64,000 nucleotides of DNA from assembly GCA_002010065.2 (NCBI GenBank), contig MTMD02000015.1, forward strand, positions 97,768-161,767, in the 5' to 3' direction. This document shows, one piece after another, positions 52,278 to 60,754 of the stretch (position 1 is its first letter; each line of letters opens with the position of its first letter). This DNA comes from Candidatus Pyrohabitans jungbluthii. Its GTDB lineage: Archaea; Hydrothermarchaeota; Hydrothermarchaeia; Hydrothermarchaeales; BMS3B. Position numbers and translations under genes: made by a program. The notes below the pieces were generated by a model that made no database searches, was not told the origin of the DNA, and worked only from the letters and a program-made list of their open reading frames with translations.

Positions 52278-52835
52278 ATGAAAATCCTCATCACAGGCAA
52301 GCCCGGCTGCGGAAAAACCACACTCTTGGCACGCGTTGCTGAGCAGCTTGGTAGCCGAGCAGGTGGAATGATTACCCGAGAAATTAGAGAAGGTAGAAAG
52401 AGGGTGGGCTTCTCTGTGGAGAATCTCTTGACCAAAGAGAGCGCCACCTTTGCGCATGTGGATTTTCCAAAGGCGAAGCGCGTTGGTAAGTACGGCGTGG
52501 ACGTGGCTGCGCTGGAGCGGGTTGGGGTTAGAGCGATAGAGCAGGCTCTCAGTGAGTGCGAGGTTGTGCTCATAGACGAGATAGCGCCCATGGAGCTTTA
52601 CAGCGAGGCGTTTATTAAAGTGGTTGAAAAAGCCTTCTCCTCGCCCAAGAGCGTTGTGGCAAGCATTCATCTAAAATCAAGGCACCCGCTCATAACTTCT
52701 TTGAAGTCGAGAAATGACGTTATTATATATACGATAGACGAAGAGAATAGGGATGAGGTGTTCAGAAAGGTGATGGAGGTGCTCAGGAATGAAGGGGAGG
52801 ATAGTGGCATTCAGGCAGAGCAGGCGGGTGGTTGA
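52278..52835 (+). CDS. Nucleoside-triphosphatase THEP1 family
   Basis: MKILITGKPGCGKTT and VLIDEIAPMEL. Confidence 0.75.
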   Translation: MKILITGKPGCGKTTLLARVAEQLGSRAGGMITREIREGRKRVGFSVENLLTKESATFAHVDFPKAKRVGKYGVDVAALERVGVRAIEQALSECEVVLIDEIAPMELYSEAFIKVVEKAFSSPKSVVASIHLKSRHPLITSLKSRNDVIIYTIDEENRDEVFRKVMEVLRNEGEDSGIQAEQAGG

Positions 52836-53037
52836 CCCTCGCTATGGCATAGTCAAGCCCTACCAGGATGGGAATTACTTGGGCAAGAAGGTGGTGTATA
52901 CAACGCCAACGGGCAGACGAATCGTAGGGAAGGTGTGGAAGCATCACGGCGATGCCCTGCTGGTGCGCTTCTCTCGAGGCTTGCCGGGGCAGGCGCTGGG
53001 AAGCGAGGTGGAGTTCTTCCCAGCAATAAAATCCTAA
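52789..53037 (+). CDS. rpl35ae: Ribosomal protein eL33 (L35Ae)
   Basis: GRIVAFRQSRR...GKVWKHHGDALLVRFSRGLPGQALG. GGAGGTG lies upstream. The start sits 47 nt inside the THEP1 ORF. Confidence 0.8.
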   Translation: MKGRIVAFRQSRRVVDPRYGIVKPYQDGNYLGKKVVYTTPTGRRIVGKVWKHHGDALLVRFSRGLPGQALGSEVEFFPAIKS

Positions 53038-53618
53038 ACATTTAATATACTGTCGAGCGCAGCATATAGCTCTTCCAGTGTACCGTTATTCTCTATGCGG
53101 TAATCCGCAAGCTTCGCTAACTCAGCTATCCTCTTCTCCGTCTCTGCGCTGTCGTTCTTCAAAAACTCCTCATAGCTTATAGTAGCCTCTCCCTTCTCTC
53201 CTCTTTTAACCGCGCGCTGGTAGCGCACCTCCTGGGAGGCGTAGATGTATATCAGCACACTATTTTCGAAACTCCTTATCATCTCCACCTCCTCGGGATA
53301 GCGCACCCCGTCCACAATCACAACCTGAGCCTCACTTGCTAAGATATCCCGCTTCAGCGCCCATGCGATAACTCCATCGCCGAACTCTCTACGCAGCGCA
53401 GAGCCGAGAGCTATGAAATTCTCCCTCTTCAGCTCAAGGTTCAGCCTCTGCAGAATATCCTTGAGCACATCTGAGAAACGGAAAACTCTGCCGTCGTATT
53501 TCTCAGCTATGTACCTGCTTGCCTCGCTTTTCCCGGATCCTATCTTACCCATTATCCCTATTACAACCCTCTTGCCTATCTTCACCACCTCTGCAGGGGT
53601 TAGCTTTTTATTGCACAT
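53034..53618 (-). CDS. P-loop nucleotide kinase (CoaE/dNMP-kinase-like)
   Basis: GIMGKIGSGKSE Walker A and VIVDGVRYPEE. Start at the internal ATG (ORF opens at 53675). Confidence 0.5.
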   Translation of the reverse strand: MCNKKLTPAEVVKIGKRVVIGIMGKIGSGKSEASRYIAEKYDGRVFRFSDVLKDILQRLNLELKRENFIALGSALRREFGDGVIAWALKRDILASEAQVVIVDGVRYPEEVEMIRSFENSVLIYIYASQEVRYQRAVKRGEKGEATISYEEFLKNDSAETEKRIAELAKLADYRIENNGTLEELYAALDSILNV

Positions 53619-53635
53619 CCTAATAAATATATGCG

Positions 53636-54244
53636 ATGAACCTCCTCTTGACAGTTGGAGCCGGTATAGCTGCACTGTTTTTGGTTAGTGTTGTGATAGT
53701 TTTCCTCAGCTCCTGGATTCTGGGACGTTCGCGGGGATACTCAGCTTACGCCAGCCCTGCCCAGCATTACTCACGCCATGAGGAGTTTGAGGAGCTTGAG
53801 GACTCGCCTGTGAGAAGTGCAAAAAGCTACGCTGCAGAGGAAACACCTCAGACTAATGCCATGGACAACAGCCTGATACAGGAGATTCTTTCTGTTGAGC
53901 TGCCCGACGAGGTGCCTTCGAGTACGCATGCTAGTGTGCAGACCCCTCTTAAAGCTGAGGAGCCTCCCAAGAACCCCCTCGTATCCCTCATAGAGGAGTT
54001 TGATTTTTCCGACGATGGCGGTGGCGCCTCGGATATAGCTACCGAAGCACCGGAGGATGAAACATTCAAGGAGCTTCTGGGTGAGGATGAGGAGGTATCA
54101 GCACCTGAGATCATAGAAGTTGAAAAAAGGAGTTACACAAGCTATCCCGACTGTTTTGGAAACGATTTTAAAAATTGTAGTAGAGACTGCGGCTTTGCAG
54201 AGGAATGCAAACGCACCGTTGAAATTCTGGGGGAGTTTATTTAA
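53636..54244 (+). CDS. Membrane-anchored acidic protein with C-terminal Cys motif
   Basis: One N-terminal TM helix, a long acidic low-complexity region, and C-terminal CFGNDFKNCSRDCGFAEEC. No family recognised. Confidence 0.4.
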   Translation: MNLLLTVGAGIAALFLVSVVIVFLSSWILGRSRGYSAYASPAQHYSRHEEFEELEDSPVRSAKSYAAEETPQTNAMDNSLIQEILSVELPDEVPSSTHASVQTPLKAEEPPKNPLVSLIEEFDFSDDGGGASDIATEAPEDETFKELLGEDEEVSAPEIIEVEKRSYTSYPDCFGNDFKNCSRDCGFAEECKRTVEILGEFI

Positions 54245-54422
54245 ATTTGCTCAGCCTGCGCCTTATCGCTTCAAGCTCCTCCCGCGAGAGCTTTGTTCCA
54301 TACTTGAGCTCCCTTAACTCCTGCTTGAGTTCTGTGGAGATATAAAAGAGGAGGATGTTAAAGAATAAGCTGAGAAGCAGAAGTGCTCCCAAGACTACTG
54401 CAGTAGCTCCCCCTTCAATCAT
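54237..54422 (-). CDS. Small membrane protein (61 aa)
   Basis: One TM helix plus a charged helix. Its 3' end overlaps the convergent gene by 8 nt. Confidence 0.35.
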   Translation of the reverse strand: MIEGGATAVVLGALLLLSLFFNILLFYISTELKQELRELKYGTKLSREELEAIRRRLSKFK

Positions 54423-54486
54423 GCTTATAATTTTACATAGGTATATAAAAGAATGATGTTTACAGAGATGTCACAGTTGGGTGTCA

Positions 54487-55359
54487 CTACACGATCATGG
54501 ACTCGAGACGACGAATGCGCTCCGCCGTGGGGGGATGCGTTGAGAAAAGCGCAAGCAAGGCATCGCCACGGAGGGGGTTGACTATGAACATGTGCGCCGT
54601 CGAAGGATTGGCGTCGCGAAGTGGCATTCTGGCAACGCCGTACTCCAGCTTGCGCAGGGCATTTGCCAGCGCCCAGGGCTTCTTTGTTATCCTCGCCCCG
54701 GTTTCGTCCGCAAGGTATTCTCTTGTGCGGGAGATTGCTAGCTGGATTATAAGCGCCGCTATGGGTGCTAGAATCGCCAGAACGAGGACACCTATATAGT
54801 GGGCTGCACCCTCTCTATCGCGTCCACCAACGCCGAAAATCGCAACCCACCTCGCCCAGGTGGCGAGCATTGTGATGACGCCAGCGATTGTGGCGGCGAT
54901 TGTGCTTATGAGGGTATCGCGGTTTTTGATGTGCGCCAGCTCGTGGGCGAGCACACCCTCAAGCTCCTCTTCGCTGAGGAGGTCGAGTATCCCAGTGGTT
55001 ACCGCCACCGCCGCATGCTTGGGGTCTCTGCCTGTCGCAAAGGCATTGGGCGTAGCCGTGGGGATTATGTACACCCGAGGCTTTGGCAGCCTTGCCTTCA
55101 TGGCCAGGTTCTCCACAATGCGGTGAAGCCTTGGCGCCTCGCTGGGTGACACCTCCTTTGCTCGGTACATCGCCAGAACGATCTTGTCGCTGTACCAGTA
55201 GGCAGAGAAGTTCATGACCACCGCGAAGATGAAGGCGAGTATCATGCCCCCTACGCCTGCGATGGCTCTGCCTATGATAACCAAGAGCCCGGTGAGGAGC
55301 GCAAGCAGCAATGTGGTTCTTATCATACCGCCCATTCTACCACCGAGTTTTCTAACCAA
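54487..55359 (-). CDS. htpX: Zinc metalloprotease HtpX (peptidase M48)
   Basis: [10 protein letters not shown] (HExxH), TM helices, later EYLADE. The exact start is uncertain. Confidence 0.85.
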   Translation of the reverse strand: MVRKLGGRMGGMIRTTLLLALLTGLLVIIGRAIAGVGGMILAFIFAVVMNFSAYWYSDKIVLAMYRAKEVSPSEAPRLHRIVENLAMKARLPKPRVYIIPTATPNAFATGRDPKHAAVAVTTGILDLLSEEELEGVLAHELAHIKNRDTLISTIAATIAGVITMLATWARWVAIFGVGGRDREGAAHYIGVLVLAILAPIAALIIQLAISRTREYLADETGARITKKPWALANALRKLEYGVARMPLRDANPSTAHMFIVNPLRGDALLALFSTHPPTAERIRRLESMIV

Positions 55360-55392
55360 AGGTTACCATAATCAAAGGTTTATATAATGCAG

Positions 55393-55917
55393 CTAAGGGC
55401 TGAAAAACTTCTCGCTCCAGTCGATTTTCCCGGGCTTAAACTCCTCCCCATCGCCTGCAACAATCTTATCTATCCTCTCCACCACCTCTTCAGGCGTTAG
55501 CTCAGAGGTATCCACCTCGTAAACTTCGCTGTGCACCTCAAGGCTCTCTATCAAGCAAACATCCAGCGCCTCAGCTTCTAGATTTTCCTGTATTTTCCTC
55601 TCTGCAAAGCCCTTCTTCTTTAGCCTCTTTCTCAGCACCTCCGGAGAAGTGCGCAGCACAACCACCGTAGCATTGCTGAAGGGAAGGAGATGCGCCAGAT
55701 GTCCCTCGATGACCACATCACCTGAAGCAAGGTTCTTAATCTTCTCGAAGAGTTTCTCCACGTCCACCTCCACACTATCTCGCTCTACGTCGTAGCCAGC
55801 CGCAGCCTCGTGGGCAAATTTATTTACCTCAATCAGCTTAATGCCATGTTTTTTGCAGAAAAGCCCTGCCACAGTGCTCTTACCTGTGCCCGGCGTGCCA
55901 GTGATAATCAGAATCAT
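55393..55917 (-). CDS. Adenylate kinase-like NTPase (Fap7/AK6 family)
   Basis: MILIITGTPGTGKST. About 174 aa, the typical archaeal Fap7 size. Confidence 0.7.
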   Translation of the reverse strand: MILIITGTPGTGKSTVAGLFCKKHGIKLIEVNKFAHEAAAGYDVERDSVEVDVEKLFEKIKNLASGDVVIEGHLAHLLPFSNATVVVLRTSPEVLRKRLKKKGFAERKIQENLEAEALDVCLIESLEVHSEVYEVDTSELTPEEVVERIDKIVAGDGEEFKPGKIDWSEKFFSP

Positions 55918-56489
55918 TTTTCGCTCTCTTCGCCTCCAGTGCGCCTGAAGCCGAGAGCCTCAAGATCGCGGTAAATCATTGTGCGCGAGACACCGAAGAC
56001 CTCTGCCACGCGGGCGACGTTTATAACTGACGGGTCATTGTTCAGAAGCTCAAGGGCGCGCTTTATGCGCTCCCTTCGAATCTCCGCGTCTTTAACCTCC
56101 TCCAGATCCTCCTCGTTTATCGCCACGATCATGGTGGTGTAAACCCTGCCGGGGAGGGGTGTGTCTATGGTCTTTGTGTACACGCTGACTATTTCCCCAC
56201 GCTTATTCTCAAGGAAGGAGTTTATCAAGCTTGCAGCCTTTGCAACGGAGTGTTCCCTTGAGTATCCCCTCACATTAACACCAATAACCTCTTTCTTTCT
56301 TGGCTCGCTTCCATTAATCGCAAGGGTTATGTTAACACTCGCCCCCGAGACACCGAGGTTTATTTCATACTCAGCGCTGGTTATTACCCCATCCACCTTT
56401 TTGAGTTCCTCATTTATGCTCTCAACCGCTTTGTCAAGGGCACTGCCAACGTCGTTGCCCGTTGCGGTCTTGCTTATAATTTTCATCAA
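55914..56489 (-). CDS. Protein with two beta-alpha-beta-beta modules and a C-terminal helix-turn-helix
   Basis: The C-terminal VARVAEVFGVSRTMIYRDLEALG looks like an HTH. The N-terminal halves (KIISKTATGNDVGSALDKAV... and VIGVNVRGYSREHSVAKAAS...) look duplicated. 4-nt overlap with the Fap7-like gene. Confidence 0.4.
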   Translation of the reverse strand: MMKIISKTATGNDVGSALDKAVESINEELKKVDGVITSAEYEINLGVSGASVNITLAINGSEPRKKEVIGVNVRGYSREHSVAKAASLINSFLENKRGEIVSVYTKTIDTPLPGRVYTTMIVAINEEDLEEVKDAEIRRERIKRALELLNNDPSVINVARVAEVFGVSRTMIYRDLEALGFRRTGGEESEK

Positions 56490-56533
56490 AGAAAATTGAA
56501 CAGCTCAGATATAAATAGATTTACCTATAGCTC

Positions 56534-57145
56534 TTATAGCTCTCCAGTAATGCGGAAGTGGAGCTTTGCAAAATTTGCAAGCGCTTCCCTGCCATGCCTT
56601 CTTATCAGCTCTCTCGCAGCATCTTTAACATGCGTACTACCCCTGGGCAGCGTAAGCCCTGCCTTGCGGGAGAGCATCTCCTGCTTGCGAAGGAACTCCG
56701 CCCTCGCCAGAAGGGCAGCGGCTGCCACATGCACCAAACTTTCAGCGCGCTCTTCAAAAACCAGCTTCTCTGCAAGCTTCACATCCAAGTGAGATAGCAC
56801 CACATCTGGCGAAGCGAACCTGTCTACCACCACCTTGCCTGGGGAGCATCTCTCTTCTATTTGCTTCACCGCCTGTGCATGCATCCAGCCCAGAATCTCG
56901 TTGAGGTTGTAGCGACCGCCTGTTGCGCGGTGCAGCGCATTGTAGCGCGTGGGCGAGAGCCTGACAATCACATGGGGGAACTTCTTAACCTCCTTTTCAA
57001 GGGCAAATATTCTCTGGATACTCATCTTTTTAGGATCACGGAGGTTGAGTCTGCGAAGCGCCTCAGCGTCACCGCAAACGCAGGCTACGACAACATAGCC
57101 AAAGTAGTCCCCCTTTCCAGCTTCGTCACAGCCTGCGACTATCAT
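56534..57145 (-). CDS. Type 2 RNase H, RNase HIII-like catalytic domain without N-terminal substrate-binding domain
   Basis: AGCDEAGKGDYFGYVVV, LSPTRYNAL, YNLNEILGWMHAQAV, VDRFAS, AESLVHVAAAALLARAEFL, LPRGSTHV and AKLHF resemble bacterial RNase HIII more than archaeal RNase HII. Confidence 0.6.
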   Translation of the reverse strand: MIVAGCDEAGKGDYFGYVVVACVCGDAEALRRLNLRDPKKMSIQRIFALEKEVKKFPHVIVRLSPTRYNALHRATGGRYNLNEILGWMHAQAVKQIEERCSPGKVVVDRFASPDVVLSHLDVKLAEKLVFEERAESLVHVAAAALLARAEFLRKQEMLSRKAGLTLPRGSTHVKDAARELIRRHGREALANFAKLHFRITGEL

Positions 57146-58815
57146 TTCCCTGCCCTCTGCTGCTCGTACAGCTCGCGAATCCTCTGCACTGTATCTGCCT
57201 CGTCGGGCGACTTGTCATCACGGATTCTTACCACGCGCGGAAAGCGCAGCGCAAATCCGCTGTTGTAGTTGGGGGAGCGCTGGATCTCCTGATAGGCGAC
57301 TTCCACAACGACGCTTGGCTTCAGCCTGACCTCGCCAGCTTCCTCGTACTCAATCAGCGGCTTAAGGCGGCGGGTGAACTCCTCCAGCTGCTCCTCGGTT
57401 ATGCCCGTGCCCACTCTACCCACGGTGAGAAGCTCCCCGGTGTCCTCATCGCGGGCAGCGAGAATGTAGCTGCTCAGCCAGCCCGCGCGCTTTCCTGTGC
57501 CCCAGAGGGCACCGGTGATCACCAGGTCAAGCGTCTCCATCACCGGCTTTATTTTGTACATGTAGCCAACGCGGGCACCTGGTATGTAGGGTGCCTTTAA
57601 GTTTTTAATCATCATGCCCTCGTGACCTTGGGCAAGGGCACGGGAGTAGAACTCGTGAGCCTCCTTGACGTTGCTGGTAACCAGCTGCTCGGCAAGCTCA
57701 AACTTGCCCTTTTCCTCCTGAATTATGCCACGCAAAGCTTCACGGCGCTTCTCAAAGGGCAAGTCTATCATCACCTCCCCCTCAAGGTAAAGGATGTCGA
57801 AGAGGTATGTCTCGAAAGGTATTTCTGCAATCATCTTCTCAACATCATACTTCCTCCTGAAGCGGCGGAGGATGTCCTGAAAGGCGCGGGGGCGTCGCGT
57901 CTTAGGGTCAACAGCCACTGCCTCGCCCTCGACTATTGCTTCCCTTGCCTTTATGGCACGGGCAGCGCGCTTGGCAATGTCGGGCAGTGCGTTGGTCACA
58001 TTCTCCAGACGCCGGGAGAATATCTTAACATCTCCGCCGCGCTTGTGAATCTGCACCCTCGCGCCGTCGTACTTTATCTCCAGCGCCGCCTTTCCAAGCT
58101 CCTGGAAGACCTTCTCTATACTTGGCGCAATCTGGGCAAGCATGGGCTTGATCGGTCTGCCCACCTCCATCTTTATCTTGCTCAGCCCCTCCTCGCCCTC
58201 GCGCTTCGCAACCTTCGCCACAATCCCAAAGTCGTTAGCCACCATGTAAGCGCGCTCCACCACGGCGACACTAACATTGAACGCCTGCGCAATCGCATCC
58301 CTAAGCAAGCCCTCCGCAACTCCAACGCGGAGTTCGCCGAGCACTGTTCGCACTATGTACTTCCCCTCCTTGGGGGAAGCACTGGCTAAAAGGTCCGTCA
58401 GGATGCGAATCTTCTTATCCTGCGACCCCTTGCCACTGACTTGGGCTATTTTCTTAAAAGCCTCGTAGACCTGACGAACGCTCAACTTTCTTGCAAAAAG
58501 GGTAAGCTGCACCTTCTTTGCTAGAAGCTGCTCCACAGCCTCGCCCACGTCGCCTGCCTTGGCGACGACGTTTTTAACTTCGCCCGCGCTAACGCCGCTG
58601 ACGAAGGCAACCGCCTCGTAGAGCAGGCTCGGTCCCACTCCAAGCTCCATCTCGCTCCATTCCGGAAATACCTCTCCGATTAGTAGGCTCGGAGTTATGT
58701 CCAGAAGGTCATCAGGCACGCTCTTAAGGAACTCGGCTACAATTTTTGTTTTTTCCAGCTTGCTGGTCGTTGCTTCGAGATTTTCATAAACAGAAACAAG
58801 CCTAGCATACTCCAT
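57142..58815 (-). CDS. lig: ATP-dependent DNA ligase
   Basis: Adenylation motif EIKYDGARVQIH, 557 aa, archaeal LigI-like throughout. Confidence 0.9.
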   Translation of the reverse strand: MEYARLVSVYENLEATTSKLEKTKIVAEFLKSVPDDLLDITPSLLIGEVFPEWSEMELGVGPSLLYEAVAFVSGVSAGEVKNVVAKAGDVGEAVEQLLAKKVQLTLFARKLSVRQVYEAFKKIAQVSGKGSQDKKIRILTDLLASASPKEGKYIVRTVLGELRVGVAEGLLRDAIAQAFNVSVAVVERAYMVANDFGIVAKVAKREGEEGLSKIKMEVGRPIKPMLAQIAPSIEKVFQELGKAALEIKYDGARVQIHKRGGDVKIFSRRLENVTNALPDIAKRAARAIKAREAIVEGEAVAVDPKTRRPRAFQDILRRFRRKYDVEKMIAEIPFETYLFDILYLEGEVMIDLPFEKRREALRGIIQEEKGKFELAEQLVTSNVKEAHEFYSRALAQGHEGMMIKNLKAPYIPGARVGYMYKIKPVMETLDLVITGALWGTGKRAGWLSSYILAARDEDTGELLTVGRVGTGITEEQLEEFTRRLKPLIEYEEAGEVRLKPSVVVEVAYQEIQRSPNYNSGFALRFPRVVRIRDDKSPDEADTVQRIRELYEQQRAGK

Positions 58816-58949
58816 GATTCAAATTCGCCCCCATGCAATATTAGCTTTTCTGATGGAGAGCAATGCCACGTGGTTAACATGCACATTTACTTCCCAGACA
58901 AAATTTAAATAACGGTATTATCCATTATCATGCGAAAGGAGGCGATAGT

Positions 58950-59423
58950 ATAGCGCTGACCCACGTGGATGATAAGGGTGTGAAGATGGTTGAAATCTCT
59001 GCGAAGCCCGAGGTGAAGCGCGTCGCCAGGGCGAGGGGCAAGATAATACTTCGCGAGGAAACAGTCAGAAGAATTAAAGAGGGTAAGGTGGAGAAGGGCA
59101 ACGTGCTCACAACTGCGCAAATAGCTGCTACGCTGGCGGTGAAGCGAACCTCTGAGCTTATTCCCATGTGCCATCCCCTGCCAATCACAGGCGTGAGGGT
59201 TGAGTTTGAGTTTCACACCAACGCGATTGAAGCGATGGTTGAGGTCACCACCGTCGCAAAAACTGGTGTGGAGATGGAAGCTGTTACCGGCGTGAGCGTC
59301 GCCCTGCTCACCATTTGGGACATGGTTAAGGCAATTGAGAAGGACGAGCAAGGGCAATATCCGGTCACGCGGATAACTGATATTTACGTGGAGGAAAAGA
59401 TAAAGGAGGCTCTACATGAGTGA
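58950..59423 (+). CDS. moaC: Cyclic pyranopterin monophosphate synthase MoaC (start codon uncertain, possibly ATA)
   Basis: IPMCHPLP and [23 protein letters not shown]. The conserved N-terminal LTHVD lies upstream of the first canonical start (GTG 58965). ATA at 58950 sits 7 nt after GGAGG. Confidence 0.8.
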   Translation: MALTHVDDKGVKMVEISAKPEVKRVARARGKIILREETVRRIKEGKVEKGNVLTTAQIAATLAVKRTSELIPMCHPLPITGVRVEFEFHTNAIEAMVEVTTVAKTGVEMEAVTGVSVALLTIWDMVKAIEKDEQGQYPVTRITDIYVEEKIKEALHE

Positions 59424-59958
59424 GACGACAAGAAAACACCGCGAGGAGGCACCGCAGAGTGTAAAGGCAGCGGTTATCACAATCTCAGACTCCAAGTTCG
59501 AGTACCTGTGGACAAAGGACGAGAAGCTGGAAGAAACAGAAGATGTTTCTGGCAAACTGATAGTGGATGCCCTTAAAAAGGCGGGGCATGAGGTTGTTTT
59601 CTACACCATAATACCAGACCACGCGGGTTTGATTGCCGAAATGGTGGACTACATCATCGACCGCTACTCGCCAGAAGCTATAATAACCACGGGTGGCACT
59701 GGGATAGGCCCCCGTGATGTTACCATCGAAGCCCTGCAGAGCCTCTACGAGAAGAGTTTAGAGGGCTTTGGCGAGCTTTTCAGGCAGCGCAGTTTCGCGG
59801 AGATAGGGAGCGCGGCTATGCTATCGCGGGCGAGCTGCGGGGTTATATCTGGGACGATTGTGTTCTCCCTCCCAGGTTCTCCAAATGCCTGCAAGCTTGG
59901 CATTGAGCTTATTCTCAGCGAGCTCACGCACTTAGTGAAGCACGCGAGAGGTGGCTAG
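59416..59958 (+). CDS. moaB: Molybdenum cofactor biosynthesis protein B (MoaB/MogA family)
   Basis: [14 protein letters not shown] and FSLPGSPNA. 8-nt overlap with moaC. Confidence 0.8.
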   Translation: MSETTRKHREEAPQSVKAAVITISDSKFEYLWTKDEKLEETEDVSGKLIVDALKKAGHEVVFYTIIPDHAGLIAEMVDYIIDRYSPEAIITTGGTGIGPRDVTIEALQSLYEKSLEGFGELFRQRSFAEIGSAAMLSRASCGVISGTIVFSLPGSPNACKLGIELILSELTHLVKHARGG

Positions 59959-60754
59959 CTTGAGAGTAATAAGCGTTGTCTCTGCGAGGAGCGACTCAGG
60001 CAAGACGACGGTTATTGAACACCTGGTGGCGGAGCTAAGAAAGCGGGGCTATCGCGTGGCGACGATTAAGCACATCCCGAAGGCGAACTTCACCGTAGAT
60101 AAGGAGGGTAGCGATACCTGGAAGCATGCGCGCGCTGGCGCTAGCGTGGTGGTCGGGCTCAGCCCAAACGAGGCTGCGTTTATAGTTAAAACCGACGAGG
60201 AGCTGAGTGTAGCCGAGGTGCTTGAAAAATTGCGAAGCTTCGGCAGCTTCGACTTTGTGTTAATCGAAGGCTTCAGGAAGGAGAGCTACCCCAAAATAGT
60301 CGCAGCTTCCAGTGAGGAGGATGCGCGCTCGCTAATCGACCAAACCACAATTGCGGTGAGCGGTGTGCTCGCCGGTTCTGACGAGGGTGTAGAGCTGGGC
60401 GTGCCCGTGATAGACGCCACAACGCAGGTGGAGAAGCTAGCGGACCTACTGGAGAGCGAGGAGATTAAGCTCAGGAGCATAACTGCGAAGCTTCCCGGGC
60501 TAAACTGTAAGGAGTGCGGCAGTGATAGCTGCGCCGACATGGCGAGGCGAATCCTTCGAGGTGAGCGCAGCCTTGAAGACTGCGTGGTGCTGAGCGCGGG
60601 AAAAAGGGCCGAGATTAAAATCTCTGGCAGAGATGTGCCCATGGGGAGCTTCGTCCAGGACTTGGTGCGTAGTGTGGTGCTGGGAATAGTGTCAACGCTG
60701 AAGAAGGCGAATGCCGAAGAGGGCGATATTGTGGAGATAAAGGTGCGGGTTTAG
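59951..60754 (+). CDS. mobB: MobB (molybdopterin-guanine dinucleotide biosynthesis adapter) fused to a C-terminal Cys-motif domain
   Basis: P-loop ARSDSGKTT and IKH motif in the first about 160 aa. The C-terminal part has LNCKECGSDSCADMARRILRGERSLEDC. An alternative TTG start is at 59960. Confidence 0.7.
   Translation: MASLRVISVVSARSDSGKTTVIEHLVAELRKRGYRVATIKHIPKANFTVDKEGSDTWKHARAGASVVVGLSPNEAAFIVKTDEELSVAEVLEKLRSFGSFDFVLIEGFRKESYPKIVAASSEEDARSLIDQTTIAVSGVLAGSDEGVELGVPVIDATTQVEKLADLLESEEIKLRSITAKLPGLNCKECGSDSCADMARRILRGERSLEDCVVLSAGKRAEIKISGRDVPMGSFVQDLVRSVVLGIVSTLKKANAEEGDIVEIKVRV

Noticed and set aside
52789-52835. 47-nt overlap between the THEP1 NTPase 3' end and the rpl35ae start, considered as a possible frameshift or fusion
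   Set aside because: Both ORFs are complete and family-typical, and rpl35ae has its own GGAGGTG site. This is simple gene overlap in a compact genome.
57622-58389. 255-aa plus-strand ORF opposite the DNA ligase gene
   Set aside because: It is antisense to an intact ligase and has no family features.
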